DNA from: an uncultured Clostridia bacterium | Lineage (GTDB): Bacteria > Bacillota > Clostridia > TANB77 > CAG-508 | Direction: 5' to 3' | Assembly: GCA_944391975.1 (NCBI GenBank) | Contig: CALXVK010000001.1 | Location: 1 to 59,788, forward strand | Length of the DNA stretch: 59,788 nucleotides | Shown here: positions 10,637 through 22,000 of the stretch, one piece after another | Layout of the letters: every line of letters begins with the position of its first letter | Position numbering within the stretch: the first letter of the stretch is position 1 | The notes under the pieces: generated by a model | Seen by the model: only the letters and a program-made list of their open reading frames with translations | Databases searched by the model: none | Told to the model about the DNA's origin: nothing | Program-made: the position numbers and the translations under genes

Positions 10637-11302
10637 TTATTTAACAGTTCCAATCTTATTTAATGGCCAAAATCTACAAATTACAACACCTTCTATTTTA
10701 TCATAAGGTATACATCCAAAACTTCTGCAATCTGTACTTTGAGTTCTATTATCCCCCATACAGAAAAGATAGCCTTCTGGAACAATAAAATCAGTTAGAA
10801 TCTCAGATTCTGTTATTACATCTGGTTGTAAATAATCTTCTTCTAACTCATTACCATTTATATATACTTTTCCATCTCTTATTTGAACATGTTCGCCTGG
10901 CATAGCTATAACTCTTTTTATATAACTTCTTTTAGTTATTTCTAATACATTATAAAAAAAGTTTGATACTATTCCTCTTTCTTCATCAGAATATATCGCA
11001 ACCGGATTTGTTTGATCAATTGTTGATGAAGAATATATATAAGATGGTGCCTCAAAAGTTACTATATCTCCTCTTTCCGGCATATTTCCTGTAATTCTAA
11101 AAGTTCTTGAAACTATTAATCTTTGATTTTCTTCAAGAGTTGGATACATAGAAACTTGCTTTACTACTGTTGGAGTTGCTATATAATATCTAAATAATAA
11201 TGTTAAAATAACAGCAATTAATATACATATTATCCACTCTAATATATTTTTTGTTTTATCGCTCATATGAATTTTTGGAGCTTTTGCTTTGTCATCTTCC
11301 AA
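10637..11302 (-). CDS. lepB: Signal peptidase I
   Basis: The protein has an N-terminal TM and the catalytic-box motifs VSMYPTL, RGDIVTF, YIKRVIAMPGE and GDNRTQSTDCR. The start is a TTG 8 nt after the RBS aaggaga. Confidence 0.9.
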   Translation of the reverse strand: MEDDKAKAPKIHMSDKTKNILEWIICILIAVILTLLFRYYIATPTVVKQVSMYPTLEENQRLIVSRTFRITGNMPERGDIVTFEAPSYIYSSSTIDQTNPVAIYSDEERGIVSNFFYNVLEITKRSYIKRVIAMPGEHVQIRDGKVYINGNELEEDYLQPDVITESEILTDFIVPEGYLFCMGDNRTQSTDCRSFGCIPYDKIEGVVICRFWPLNKIGTVK

Positions 11303-11328
11303 TTGTACATTCTCCTTTTTTAAGCTTA

Positions 11329-12198
11329 TTATTTTTTAGATTTTCTTGCATCTCTTTCTTTTTTATCATTTTTTAAATTTTCTTCCATTTGTGCTAAAAA
11401 ATCATCTGCTGAACTAGAGGCTTTTTTTACTTTTGTATATCTTTTATGAGGCTTTTTTTCTTCCTTAACTTCCTCTTTTGAATTGTCTTTTGAAGATATA
11501 GAAAAGCCCTCAAAATCAGTCTCTGTTGTATCAAGATTATTTAATTCATCCATAATCGGATCAACATCTTCAACTTTTTCTTCTAATGTGTTTTCCTCAT
11601 TTTTTTCTATTGGTGGATTATTAAAAACCATTGTTTCTTCTATATTATTTTTTGGAGTTTCTACTTCTTCATCATCTATACTATCTATTATACTTGTATC
11701 AAAAACTTCACCATATTCTTCTGAGTCTTTTGGTTCTTTTGTTTCTTCTGGTTGTGGCAATTCAATATTATTTTCTTCATCATCTAAGCTATCAATAATA
11801 GATGTATCCATTTCATCATTATTCATTGTAGAAAATAGAGATTCCTCATTATCTGAATCGTCTTCATATTCCATTGTTTCTGATAAATCATTAGTATTTA
11901 CACTATCTTCTTCATAAGCAATATTGTCAAATTCATATTTAGGATCTTCTTTTTTTACATTTTTTTCTTTCTTCTTTGATTTCTTAGTTGAATAATTTAT
12001 TTGTTCACTATCTTTTGAATCCATTTTATATCCTAAAAATAAAAGTAAAATTACAATTAAAACAGCGACTCCAATTGCAATATATTTTGTTATACTCGCA
12101 GTTTCTGAAGAAGTTCCTGCTGTAGCAGCAAAACAATTATTACTCCAAAATAATAAAGATGCTACAGATAAAGTTAAACTTGTTTTTAATTTTTTCAT
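11329..12198 (-). CDS. Secreted or membrane-anchored, highly acidic low-complexity protein
   Basis: The protein has a signal peptide (..NNCFAATAG), one TM, then D/E-rich sequence. An internal repeat is present: (M/F)DTSIIDS(L/I)DDEE. Confidence 0.6.
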   Translation of the reverse strand: MKKLKTSLTLSVASLLFWSNNCFAATAGTSSETASITKYIAIGVAVLIVILLLFLGYKMDSKDSEQINYSTKKSKKKEKNVKKEDPKYEFDNIAYEEDSVNTNDLSETMEYEDDSDNEESLFSTMNNDEMDTSIIDSLDDEENNIELPQPEETKEPKDSEEYGEVFDTSIIDSIDDEEVETPKNNIEETMVFNNPPIEKNEENTLEEKVEDVDPIMDELNNLDTTETDFEGFSISSKDNSKEEVKEEKKPHKRYTKVKKASSSADDFLAQMEENLKNDKKERDARKSKK

Positions 12199-13680
12199 AA
12201 TTTTCCATCCTCTCTATTTTTTTCTGTTGTACTCTTTTGGCTTTTTTCCATAGCCTTTTTTGTCGGTATTCTAATTACTACTTCTGTACCTTTTCCAAGC
12301 TCGCTTTTTATATCAATTCTTCCATTATTTTGTGTTAAAATCTCTTTTGCTATTGGAAGTCCGAAGTCCTGTTCCACCCATTTCGCGAGTTCTAGATTTA
12401 TCAACTCTATAAAATCTCTCAAAAACTTTGTCTATATCTTCTTTTGGAATACCTATTCCATTATCAATAACTTTAATATAGGCATCATTATAAACAAATC
12501 CAACATAAACTTTAATTGTTCCATTTTCTCCTGTATATTTTATACTATTGGAAATTATATTCAAAACTACTCTTTCAATTCCTTGTTTATCTGCATAAAC
12601 TAACGGAACATCAGCTGTTATTAAACATTCTGCATCTTGATTTTTCCTTTCAAATTCAAATTTTAATCTATCAACTGTTTGTTTTACTAATTCTCCTAAG
12701 TCAAATTCATCTTTTACAACAGTTGTATTATTTTCATACCTGGATAATGTTAATAAATCGCCAACTAATTCAGCCATTCTATTTGCTTCATCAGAAATTC
12801 TTCCTAAAAAATCTTTTTGCATTTCTTCCGGAACATTGCTTTGAAGAAGAGTATCTGAATATCCCATTATTGATGTTATTGGTGTTTTTAGCTCATGTGA
12901 GACATCTGCAACAAACTCTTTTCTCATACTATCTAATTTAACATGTTCTGTTATATCCTGAATCACAACCATGACACCTGCCGGCCTATCATTTTCATTT
13001 TTAAATGAGGCGAAAAATAAATTCATTGTTTTGTCATCTACTTGTATTTTTCTTTCTGAAGAAGTCCAATTTTCTAAATATATTATTTTTTCCATATTTA
13101 TATCTACATCATATTTGGTAAAAATTTCTTCAAAAGTTTGATTTTCATTTACATTTAAAAATGTTTTGGCCGCATGATTTATATGAATAATTTTTCCTTT
13201 GATATTAAATGCTATGATTCCGTCTGTCATGTGTAATAATATAGTTTCAATTTGTTTCTTTTGTCTTGTAACCTCATTAAGATTTTCTTTTAATTCTTGG
13301 TTCATTAGACCAAAAGCATCTGCTAAATCATCAAATTCATTTTTATTTTCTGATTTAGATAATTTTCCATCGCTTAAATATTTTCCATGAGCGATACTTT
13401 CAGCACTTTTAACTAATTTAGAAATTGGCGCTAAAACAACCTTTGCTATTATAAAACTAAATATAATAGCAAAAATAATAAAAGCACCCAATGAACAATA
13501 AATAGCATTTTTTAATTGTTCTGCTTGCTCAACTACATATTTTTGAGCCTCTAAATCAGCATTTAAATAAGAACTAACTGCATCTAATTTATATAAACTA
13601 AACAATCCTAAACCTGTTATTACAATGATACCCAAAATAGTAAAAATCATAACAATTTTTATTTGTATGCTCTTTAACAT
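12195..13680 (-). CDS. Sensor histidine kinase (TM-HAMP-PAS-HisKA-HATPase); needs a +1 shift at in-frame CGG (plus 12361-12363)
   Basis: The H box is EFVADVSHELKTPITS and the N box is VVLNIISNSIKYT. ORFs 12325..13680 and 12195..12422 join as ..REMGGTGL-G-LPIAKEILTQNNGRI.. (the G2 box GxGLGL) when the C of CTT CGG ACT is skipped. Confidence 0.9.
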
Positions 13681-13741
13681 TTTAACTTTCCCGTTTAAAA
13701 AATATACTTTTTCAAACTAACTCCTATTTTATGCTGTTCTT

Positions 13742-13770
13742 ATTATATACTTATATGTTTTTTTATTCAA
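13742..13770 (-). promoter_or_regulatory. Sigma-A type promoter dedicated to the histidine-kinase gene
   Basis: On the minus strand: TTGAAT, a 17-nt spacer, then TATAAT, lying between the response-regulator terminator and the HK start. Confidence 0.6.
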
Positions 13771-13830
13771 GTAAATTTTAAAAATAATTTAAAATCTTTG
13801 CATAATATAAGCACATAGAGATTTTACTAT

Positions 13831-13867
13831 AAAAAAATATCTTAGGACTTTAAAAGTCCTAAGATAT
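13831..13867 (-). terminator. Rho-independent terminator directly after the response-regulator gene
   Basis: A perfect 14-bp stem atatcttaggactt/aagtcctaagatat with a 3-nt loop, followed by a T-run on the minus strand. Confidence 0.8.
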
Positions 13868-13869
13868 TT

Positions 13870-14634
13870 TTAAATATTTTTATCAGTAACATAATATCCA
13901 GATCCTCTTTTGGTAATGAGAATTTTTGGATTTGCTTTATCCTTTTCAATTTTATCTCTAATTCTATTCATTGTTACATCTATGGTTCTAATTGCACCAA
14001 CATATTCTTCATACTCCCAAACATCTCTTAAAAGCATTTCTCTTGTAACAACTTGTCCTGGTTGAGCAGCTAAATATTTTAATACATCAAACTCTTTTTT
14101 CGTTAAATTAATTACTTTATCTTTTACCTTTGCTTCAACGCGTTTTAAATCAAGTGTCAAATCTCCAACTTTAATTATATCATCTTTATTTTCTGTTTTT
14201 GTTTGAGCAGTATCAATATTTGCATTTAATTCTGCTTTTCTCAAATTAGCTTTTACTCTTGCAATAACTTCTCTAATTTGAAAAGGTTTTGTAATATAAT
14301 CATCTGCACCAATTTCTAATCCAACAATTTTATCTGTTTCCGTATCTTTGGCAGAAATCATCAATATTGGAATATTTGACATATTTAAAGAATATCTTAA
14401 CTTTTTGCATACAGATTTTCCATCTAACTTTGGTAACATTACATCAAGTAAAATTAAATCTGGTTTATCTTTTAAAGCAACATCAACAGCTTCTACTCCA
14501 TCTGATGCCTCAATCGTATTATATCCTTCATTTTGTAAATTAAAAGCTAGCAGATCTCTAATATTTTTTTCATCATCAACTATAAGTATAGTTTTTTTAT
14601 CTCTATCAATTACGTTTTCCACTCCTAATGTCAC
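13870..14634 (-). CDS. OmpR-family response regulator
   Basis: The receiver domain is recognisable (ILIVDDE...DLILLDVMLPKLDG...MISAKD), as is the winged-helix output domain (LTKKEFDVLKYLA...GSGYYV). The start codon is ambiguous: GTG at 14634 or GTG at 14622. Confidence 0.9.
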   Translation of the reverse strand: MTLGVENVIDRDKKTILIVDDEKNIRDLLAFNLQNEGYNTIEASDGVEAVDVALKDKPDLILLDVMLPKLDGKSVCKKLRYSLNMSNIPILMISAKDTETDKIVGLEIGADDYITKPFQIREVIARVKANLRKAELNANIDTAQTKTENKDDIIKVGDLTLDLKRVEAKVKDKVINLTKKEFDVLKYLAAQPGQVVTREMLLRDVWEYEEYVGAIRTIDVTMNRIRDKIEKDKANPKILITKRGSGYYVTDKNI

Positions 14635-14724
14635 CTTCCCTTTTCAAATTTTACATATTCTTTATATCACATTAAAATAATTATTACAAGTTTTTTACAA
14701 ATTTTTTTCAAATATTTTTAAAGC

Positions 14725-16005
14725 TTAACGACCTTCACTTTTATTATCAAAAGTAGATGGTTTAGGTTGAGGAGCTTTGTCAGAACTTTTCATTCCTTTA
14801 ACTTTTTCCGTAACTTTTTCTGTCATTGTAAGAAGTAAACTCATTATCTTTTGCTGTTCTTTTTCAGGAAATTCTTGAATCATATTTAATATACTCTCAA
14901 AATCAGTTGCCAACATCTTTCTCAAATCCATATTCGAAACAGAATCTAAAGAAATTCTCAATGATTCCACTTCCTCTGTTTTAACATATCCATGAATTTG
15001 ATTTCTTATATCTTGAATTTGATGTTTTTTTAATGGCTCTTTCTTATTAGCACATCTTATCTCAAGCTGATTTATTAATTCTTCCTCTTCTTCTTCACTT
15101 AATTTTCTTATAGCTGATGATTCTGGAAGTATCATAGTCCTATTAACTGGATCTTGGCTAAAATACTGATTTGCAAGTTCTTTTGCTAATTCGTCAATAA
15201 CCATTGTTTGACAAGTTTTAATATCAAATTCTTTTTCACTTCCATCAACTTCTAGTTTTTCATATTCTCTTTTAGCCAATTTTGAAATATCACATTCTAA
15301 CATTTGAACTGGAGATATAATACTTGTGTATCTATTTATTGTCACTGCTTTAAGCACAGAATAATAAACGGCTACTCTTCTTGCAACTACTTTTCTTAAC
15401 ATTTCATTTATCCTTGGACTATCTATATTTTTACCTTTAATCCTATAAAGATTATTAATAAATTCTGAATCATTGCTTATATCTTGATTTAAATACAATT
15501 TTTGTAGTTTAGCTAAATCGAGATCTTCTTGAACCTTTGCTCTTGTTTTTTCATCTTCTATTCCCGGAATGATTCTTTCCGCATCTTTTACTTCTACTTC
15601 AGGAATACCTATAATTTGTTTTAATTGCTCATCTGGAATAAAAGAAGCTTCTTCTGCAACAGCAACTCCTACAACTTTTGAATCAGTTTGAATAAGATTT
15701 TTTATAAATTCTCCTGCTGTTTCATTTGGAATTTTATCACTTTCAATTAATACCTTTGCTATTGCTCTTAAAAGCTCAGTTGCTTTTTCTTTTTCTTCTA
15801 CAGAAAGTTCAGCGATTCTACTAGCATCTGAACTCGATGTAATAAAATCCTGTGCTTCTATTAATGTTTGTTTAGCAACTTGATTCACTAAACTCATATC
15901 GTCAACTCTTTCAGTAGCATTAGCAACTATCTTTTCTGCCTCTTTTTTTATTTCCTCTTTACTTTTCTTAGGTCTTCTTATTTTTCTTTTAAATAATTTT
16001 TCCAT
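14725..16005 (-). CDS. Hypothetical protein, charged and helical, no recognisable domain
   Basis: This is a long ORF. The ATG at 16005 lies 7 nt after the RBS aggagg. I recognised no motifs. Confidence 0.6.
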   Translation of the reverse strand: MEKLFKRKIRRPKKSKEEIKKEAEKIVANATERVDDMSLVNQVAKQTLIEAQDFITSSSDASRIAELSVEEKEKATELLRAIAKVLIESDKIPNETAGEFIKNLIQTDSKVVGVAVAEEASFIPDEQLKQIIGIPEVEVKDAERIIPGIEDEKTRAKVQEDLDLAKLQKLYLNQDISNDSEFINNLYRIKGKNIDSPRINEMLRKVVARRVAVYYSVLKAVTINRYTSIISPVQMLECDISKLAKREYEKLEVDGSEKEFDIKTCQTMVIDELAKELANQYFSQDPVNRTMILPESSAIRKLSEEEEEELINQLEIRCANKKEPLKKHQIQDIRNQIHGYVKTEEVESLRISLDSVSNMDLRKMLATDFESILNMIQEFPEKEQQKIMSLLLTMTEKVTEKVKGMKSSDKAPQPKPSTFDNKSEGR

Positions 16006-16052
16006 ATGTATACCTCCTGCTAAAATATAAAGTCTTAACATATTATATTTTA

Positions 16053-16089
16053 CAAAGCTCCTTTATGTCAAGCACATAAGGAGCTTTGT
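16053..16089 (-). terminator. Hairpin terminator after the glucan-synthase-like gene
   Basis: Arms caaagctcctttatg...cataaggagctttg with one bulge. The T-run is weak. Confidence 0.5.
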
Positions 16090-16090
16090 T

Positions 16091-19000
16091 TTACATTATA
16101 ATTTCTATGTTATAAATTTTTCCATCATCAACTAACAAAACTTTTTTATCTTTATTTTCTTCCCCATTTACTAAGAACTTGGTTATTCCTGTGTTTTTTT
16201 TGTTTGGATTTTTTACCTTTATGTTATAAGCTGAAGTCTTATATTTATAATGCATTTCATATTCTTTCCAATTTTCTGAAATACATGGTTCAATTTTCAA
16301 ATATTTTGATTCAATTTTAAGTCCTAAAATATGCTCTGTAATTAGATTATAGTACCATCCACTAGAACCTGTATACCAACTCCAACCACCAGTTCCTTGT
16401 AAATTTTCAGCTGAATATACATCTGCTGATATAACATATGGTTCTACTCTATATTTCTTTGCATTATCTAAATTTAAAGAATGGTTTATTGGATTTATCA
16501 TTTTAGCTAACTGAACCGCTTTTTCGCCAAACCCTAATTTTGATAGTGCAATAATAAACCATATTGCAGCATGTGTATACTGACCACCATTTTCTCTTAT
16601 TCCTTCTGGATAAGCTTTTATATATCCTGGATTAAAATTACAATTCTTAAATGCAGGCCAAAATAATTTAATAATTTTGTTATCTCTATCAACCAAACTA
16701 TTTTCTGCTTCTTCAATAGAAATATATTTTTTATCATTGTCAGCACAATCAGATATAACACCCCAACTCTGTGAAATATTATCTATTTTGCACTCTTCGC
16801 TAGTAACACTTCCTAAAATATTACCATCATCTGTTATGGCTCTTTTAAACCATCTTCCATCCCATCCTTTAGTATTTAAATTTCTTTTTAATTCTTCTTT
16901 TATCTTTTCAAATTTATTTTTATTAGTATCATCTTTTTCATATTCACAAACACTTAAAAACTTGTTTAATATATCATATAAGAAAAATCCGAAGCCATAC
17001 ACTTTCTCCTTTTCCTTTAGTACCTATATTGCTAAAGCCATCATTCCAGTCTCCTGAACCGATCTTAGGAAATCCCTCTTCTCCAAAATTCAAACTTTTA
17101 TTAATTGCTTTTATACAATGTTCATATATTGTTTCTTGTTCTTCTGTTTTATAAAATTGGTTATAAGTCTCTTGTTCATTTTCTTTTAAACTTTCTCCTT
17201 TTAAATATGCAACTTTTTCTTCTAAAATGCTATAATCCGCTGTAACATTTATATATTCAACTACTGAATATGGCAACCATAATAAATCATCCGAAAATCT
17301 TGTTCTACAACCTTTTTTAGTTTCTTCATGCCACCAATGCAAAACATCTCCTTCTATAAATTGATGTTCAGCACATTTTATAATTTGCTCTTTTAATATA
17401 CCTTGATCAATATATTTCATTCCTAAACAATCTTGAAGTTGATCCCTAAATCCATATGCTCCTCCTGATTGATAAAATGCTGTTTTTGCCCAAATCCTAC
17501 AACTTAATGTTTGATATATTAACCATCCATTAGCCATTATATTAAAATCATCTTCAGGTGTTTGAACAACTAAAGTATTACTTAAATTTAGCCATTTCTT
17601 ATATACATCATTTAAAGAATCATCTATAAATTTTATATCAGTTAGTTCTTCAATCTGTTTTTCAATATCTTCTTCTGTGTTTTCTTGACCTATAACTATA
17701 TTTAAAAACTTTTCTTCATATGCTTCTAAATTTATTTTAAATTCTATACCTATACAATTTCCAATTCCATTTTGATTTTCAAAATTATTATTAAATAACG
17801 AATCAGGTAATCTTAAATCTCCTCTTCCAAAAAATATTTTTTTACTTTTAGTATAGCTTAACATCTTTTCATTTGACGTTATATATGCTATTTTTTGGAA
17901 TTCTTGGACTCCAATATAATTTTTAGCAAAAATAATATTATTTTTTTTATCAATATATATATTTCCAGATGTAACTGTTTCTTCTTCTCCTAATACAAGT
18001 TTTATATATACAATAATGTTTAATTCTTTATATTCTGAGGTTGTATTTTTAAATCTAATCTTATTTATACATGCTGATTTATCTAAAGGAACAAAAATAT
18101 TAGATTCTTGTAATATTCCATCACTCACATTTTGAAATTTTGCATATCCATGTCCATAAGTTATATAATAATAATTTTTATTTGGATAAATATTAGAATT
18201 TAAAGTCCAAACTTTATTGTTTTTCATATTTCTTATATATATTATTTGAGATGGAATATTCAAAACAGTATCATTGTTCCAACTAGTTATTCGATTTAAT
18301 CTACTATTTTTATTCCAAATAATATCACACATATTTTCAGTAACAACTACACCAAACATTTTATTTGAAATACAATTGCTCCAAATTGTAGGTAATTTAT
18401 TTTCTTGGTTTACTGCAAATTTATATTCTTTCCCATTTGTAGTAAATCCTCCATAACCATTAAAAAATTGTAAATCTTCTTCTCTTCTTTCTAAAATTTC
18501 TTCATCTTGTTTAATTTCTATATTTTTTTGTTTTTCAAATGTAGTTTCACTTTTGGTTTTTAAAAAGTCAGATATACCACCATTTTCTGATATTAAAATT
18601 ATTTTAGATTTTAACTCTAACACTTGCAAATCATCTGGTTCCATTAAATTTTTATTTAAAATGAAAATACCTGATTTAACATTTCTTAAATAAATAATTT
18701 GTTTATCCATTACTATATCTTCAACCGCTTTTTGAACTAATCTATTATAAATTTCTTTTCCCTCATCTAATATTACCAAATCTATATAAATGTTTTTTAC
18801 TCTATAAAACATATAACTTTCTATTATTTCTCTTACATTATCAACTGAATTCAAATTTTTTATTTTTACTAAAACTATCGGTAAATCTCCTGATATTCCA
18901 TATTTCCATAAACTATTTATTTCATAGTCTTTATTTAAATCCAAATTTATATTTCTACATATATTTTCTTCTAATATATAATTTAGTAATTCTTGATACT

Positions 19001-22000
19001 CAGCTGATTGTTTTGAATTTATCTGTAAATATTTCATTTCTTCTTCAATTCTTGCTTTTCCAACATCAAATATTTTTAATATTTCATCTAAATTTTTCAT
19101 CTGTTCCAAATTTTTTATTGCTTCTTCTTTATTTTCATTTACACTAATTAATAAATTAATATTTATTTTCTCGTTTTTAGCTATTTTTATAGTTTTTCTT
19201 TCTGCATAAATCTTGTTTATTACATATCCTGTTTGGTTACTAAACTTTTTTGAATTTTTAACCCCAATTGGTATATCAAAATTATTTCTACCTAAATATT
19301 TTTCTTGATCTATTTCAAAACCTTTATCCACAATTTCTCCATTTTCTGTGTATAAATTGATTGCTGCATACATAAATTTATCAAGGGATTTTGATTTTCT
19401 TTCTATCAAAATATTATCCTTATTTTTCTCAAAATTTAAAAACATACTACTAAATGCTGGATGCGCATATTCTGCACTTTTTTCATTAAGACTAGGAATA
19501 AAATCTGCTGTTATATCTAGCATTTCTTCACTACTTCCTAAATTTTCAATTTCTAAACTTCTTATCTCCACAGGTTTATTAGGATTTACTGTTATATTAT
19601 AAGTAAATTTAAGTCCTCCATCTTGTTTTATAAATTTTGCTTTATCTCCTGTAAAGCTTACTTTACTATTTTTTCCAATTTCTATTATCTTTTTAGTTTT
19701 TAAATTTTTAACATAAAAGAATATACCTTGTTTTATTTCATATCCTGGTTTATATTTATTTACTATTATGTCTTTATATTGACTATATCCCTCACCAAAA
19801 CCATTAATTACAATTTTATAGTCTGAATTAGAAATAACATTATATTTTAAATCCAATTTATCAGGTTTATCTATAATTCTTTCTATATAGCCTATATCTC
19901 CATAATTCTTAAATTTTTCAGGTGTTTCTTTCTTTTCTTTAGTAATAATTAGATCAACAGGCATTCTTTCTTCTAATAGCATATTAACTGCTTCTATTTC
20001 AGGATTATTATTAAATCTTTTTTGAATTATATCTTGATTTAATACATTATTAATAGAATTTAAAATTAAACCTTGATGATGAGCCATATAAGTTTTTACA
20101 ACTGCATATTTTTCTCCTTTTTTTAATCTATTTAAAGTATAGTCAACTGCTTCATAAAATCCATATTCTCCAAAAGCACCAACTTTTTTTAGTTCATTTA
20201 TATTATGGATTGCACTTTTTTCTCCATCTTGAAGCGCCAAGAATGTACTGTAAGGAGATACGACTAAATCGTATTCTAATCCTCTTTTCAATCCTAACCA
20301 TGGAATACCAAATGCTTTATATTGATAATTATTATTTAAATCTCTTAAATTATAAGCTGATTCAGATACTCCCCATGGCACACCTAGCCTACTACAATAA
20401 TCTTTTTGACTCATAATAGCAAATTTACTTGATTCATCTAATAAACTGCCTTCATATCTTTTTAAATTTAAATTTGGCATTAAATATTCAAATGCTGTTC
20501 CAGTCCATGAAATTAATCCTTTGTAACCTTTATATATTGTTATAGTTCTGCTCAACGAATTCCAGTGTTTTACAGGGACTTGTCTTCTACTTATTGCAAC
20601 TATACTTGCCTGTCTTGCTTCACTCGCTAAAAAATCATAATATGAATCTGTTAAACTATTTTCCTCTAAGTTAAATCCTACTGAAAACAATTTATTTTTC
20701 TCACTATATAATTTAGAAAAATCTGTATCACAAATTATTTTATCAATGTCTTCATATAAAAAATGAACTCCATCTTCTTCCATATACTGTTTTAAAAACT
20801 CTTTTATTACATATAAATATCCAACTAAATTTCCACTATCAACTGTCGAAACATACCTTGGTTTTAGTGGCTCTAAAGTATCTGTTTCATACCAATTATA
20901 TAAATGACCATTCCATTTAGCCATAATTTTTATACTATTTATAACTTTTTTTATATAATCTTTTGCTTTTTCAAAATCTATAAAACCTAAATCGTACGCA
21001 GACATTATTGAAAGCAATTCTAAACCAATATTTGTAGAAGAAGTTCTTTTAACAGTTTCTGGTTTTCTATCCTCTTGATAGTTGTCGCATACTAAATAGT
21101 GATTTTCTTCATTTAAATGATCCTCAAAAAACTTCCATGTTCTATACGCTATTTCTTTTAAATCCTTTTTGCTTTCTACTGATATCTCAAAAGTATTTTT
21201 AATTTCTTTACTTAAACTATAAGCAATATATGGAGCAATTAAAAATAAGACTCCTAATATCTTAAACCCAATATTTCCGAATAAAAATACTATTCCTAAA
21301 ATTACGTTAATAATCATTTCTTTATAAGTGATAAATAAATTATTTTGAGTTTTATTTTCACTATCTTCAGCAGTTGTCCATTCCAATAATCTTTTCTTTT
21401 TAATCATTCTATAGATGCTTCTTATCATTGCATCCAAGTTAATCCATGCTTCATAAGGTAAAAATATAATCTCTAAAAATATTTTATAAAAACTTAGTGA
21501 AATATCACTAAAATCTTTTGAAAATTTTTTATGTGAATAAATTGATCCTACAACTTGACTCTCTTTAAAAACTATAAAATTTATAATATTTAAAAGATAT
21601 GTTATAACTACTGAAACTATTGATAAAAGCATACTAAGAGTACCGATAAAGAAATTATATTTAAAAGCAATAAATGAAAGTATAAGCAAACTTAAACTAC
21701 TTATTTTTAATATAGCTCTTCTTAAATTATCAAATATCTTAAATTTTGATATATCATTTAATTTTTTACTTCTAAGCCATTTTACAATTTGAAAATCTCC
21801 TCTTATCCATCTATGGTTTCTTTTCATATAAGAAATATATTTTGTTGGATATCCATCTAAAAGCATAACATCTGTAAGTAATCCTAAACGCAAAAAATTA
21901 CCTTCTAAAAGGTCATGACTTAAAACTGTATTTTCCGGTATTTCATTTTCTAAAATTTGATTATATACATCAACATCATAAATTCCTTTTCCTGTAAAAA

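Noticed and set aside
11483-11917. A 144-aa plus-strand ORF, and similar antisense ORFs at 1255, 1897, 3151, 7518, 7869, 9397, 12516, 14348, 16677, 29164, 30227, 39680, 41237, 41936, 43039, 43397, 50829, 51842, 52689, 57755 and 59284.
   Set aside because: Each is embedded antisense in, or overlaps, a much longer CDS with recognisable motifs. They give Ser/Phe/Leu/Ile-rich translations typical of shadow frames.
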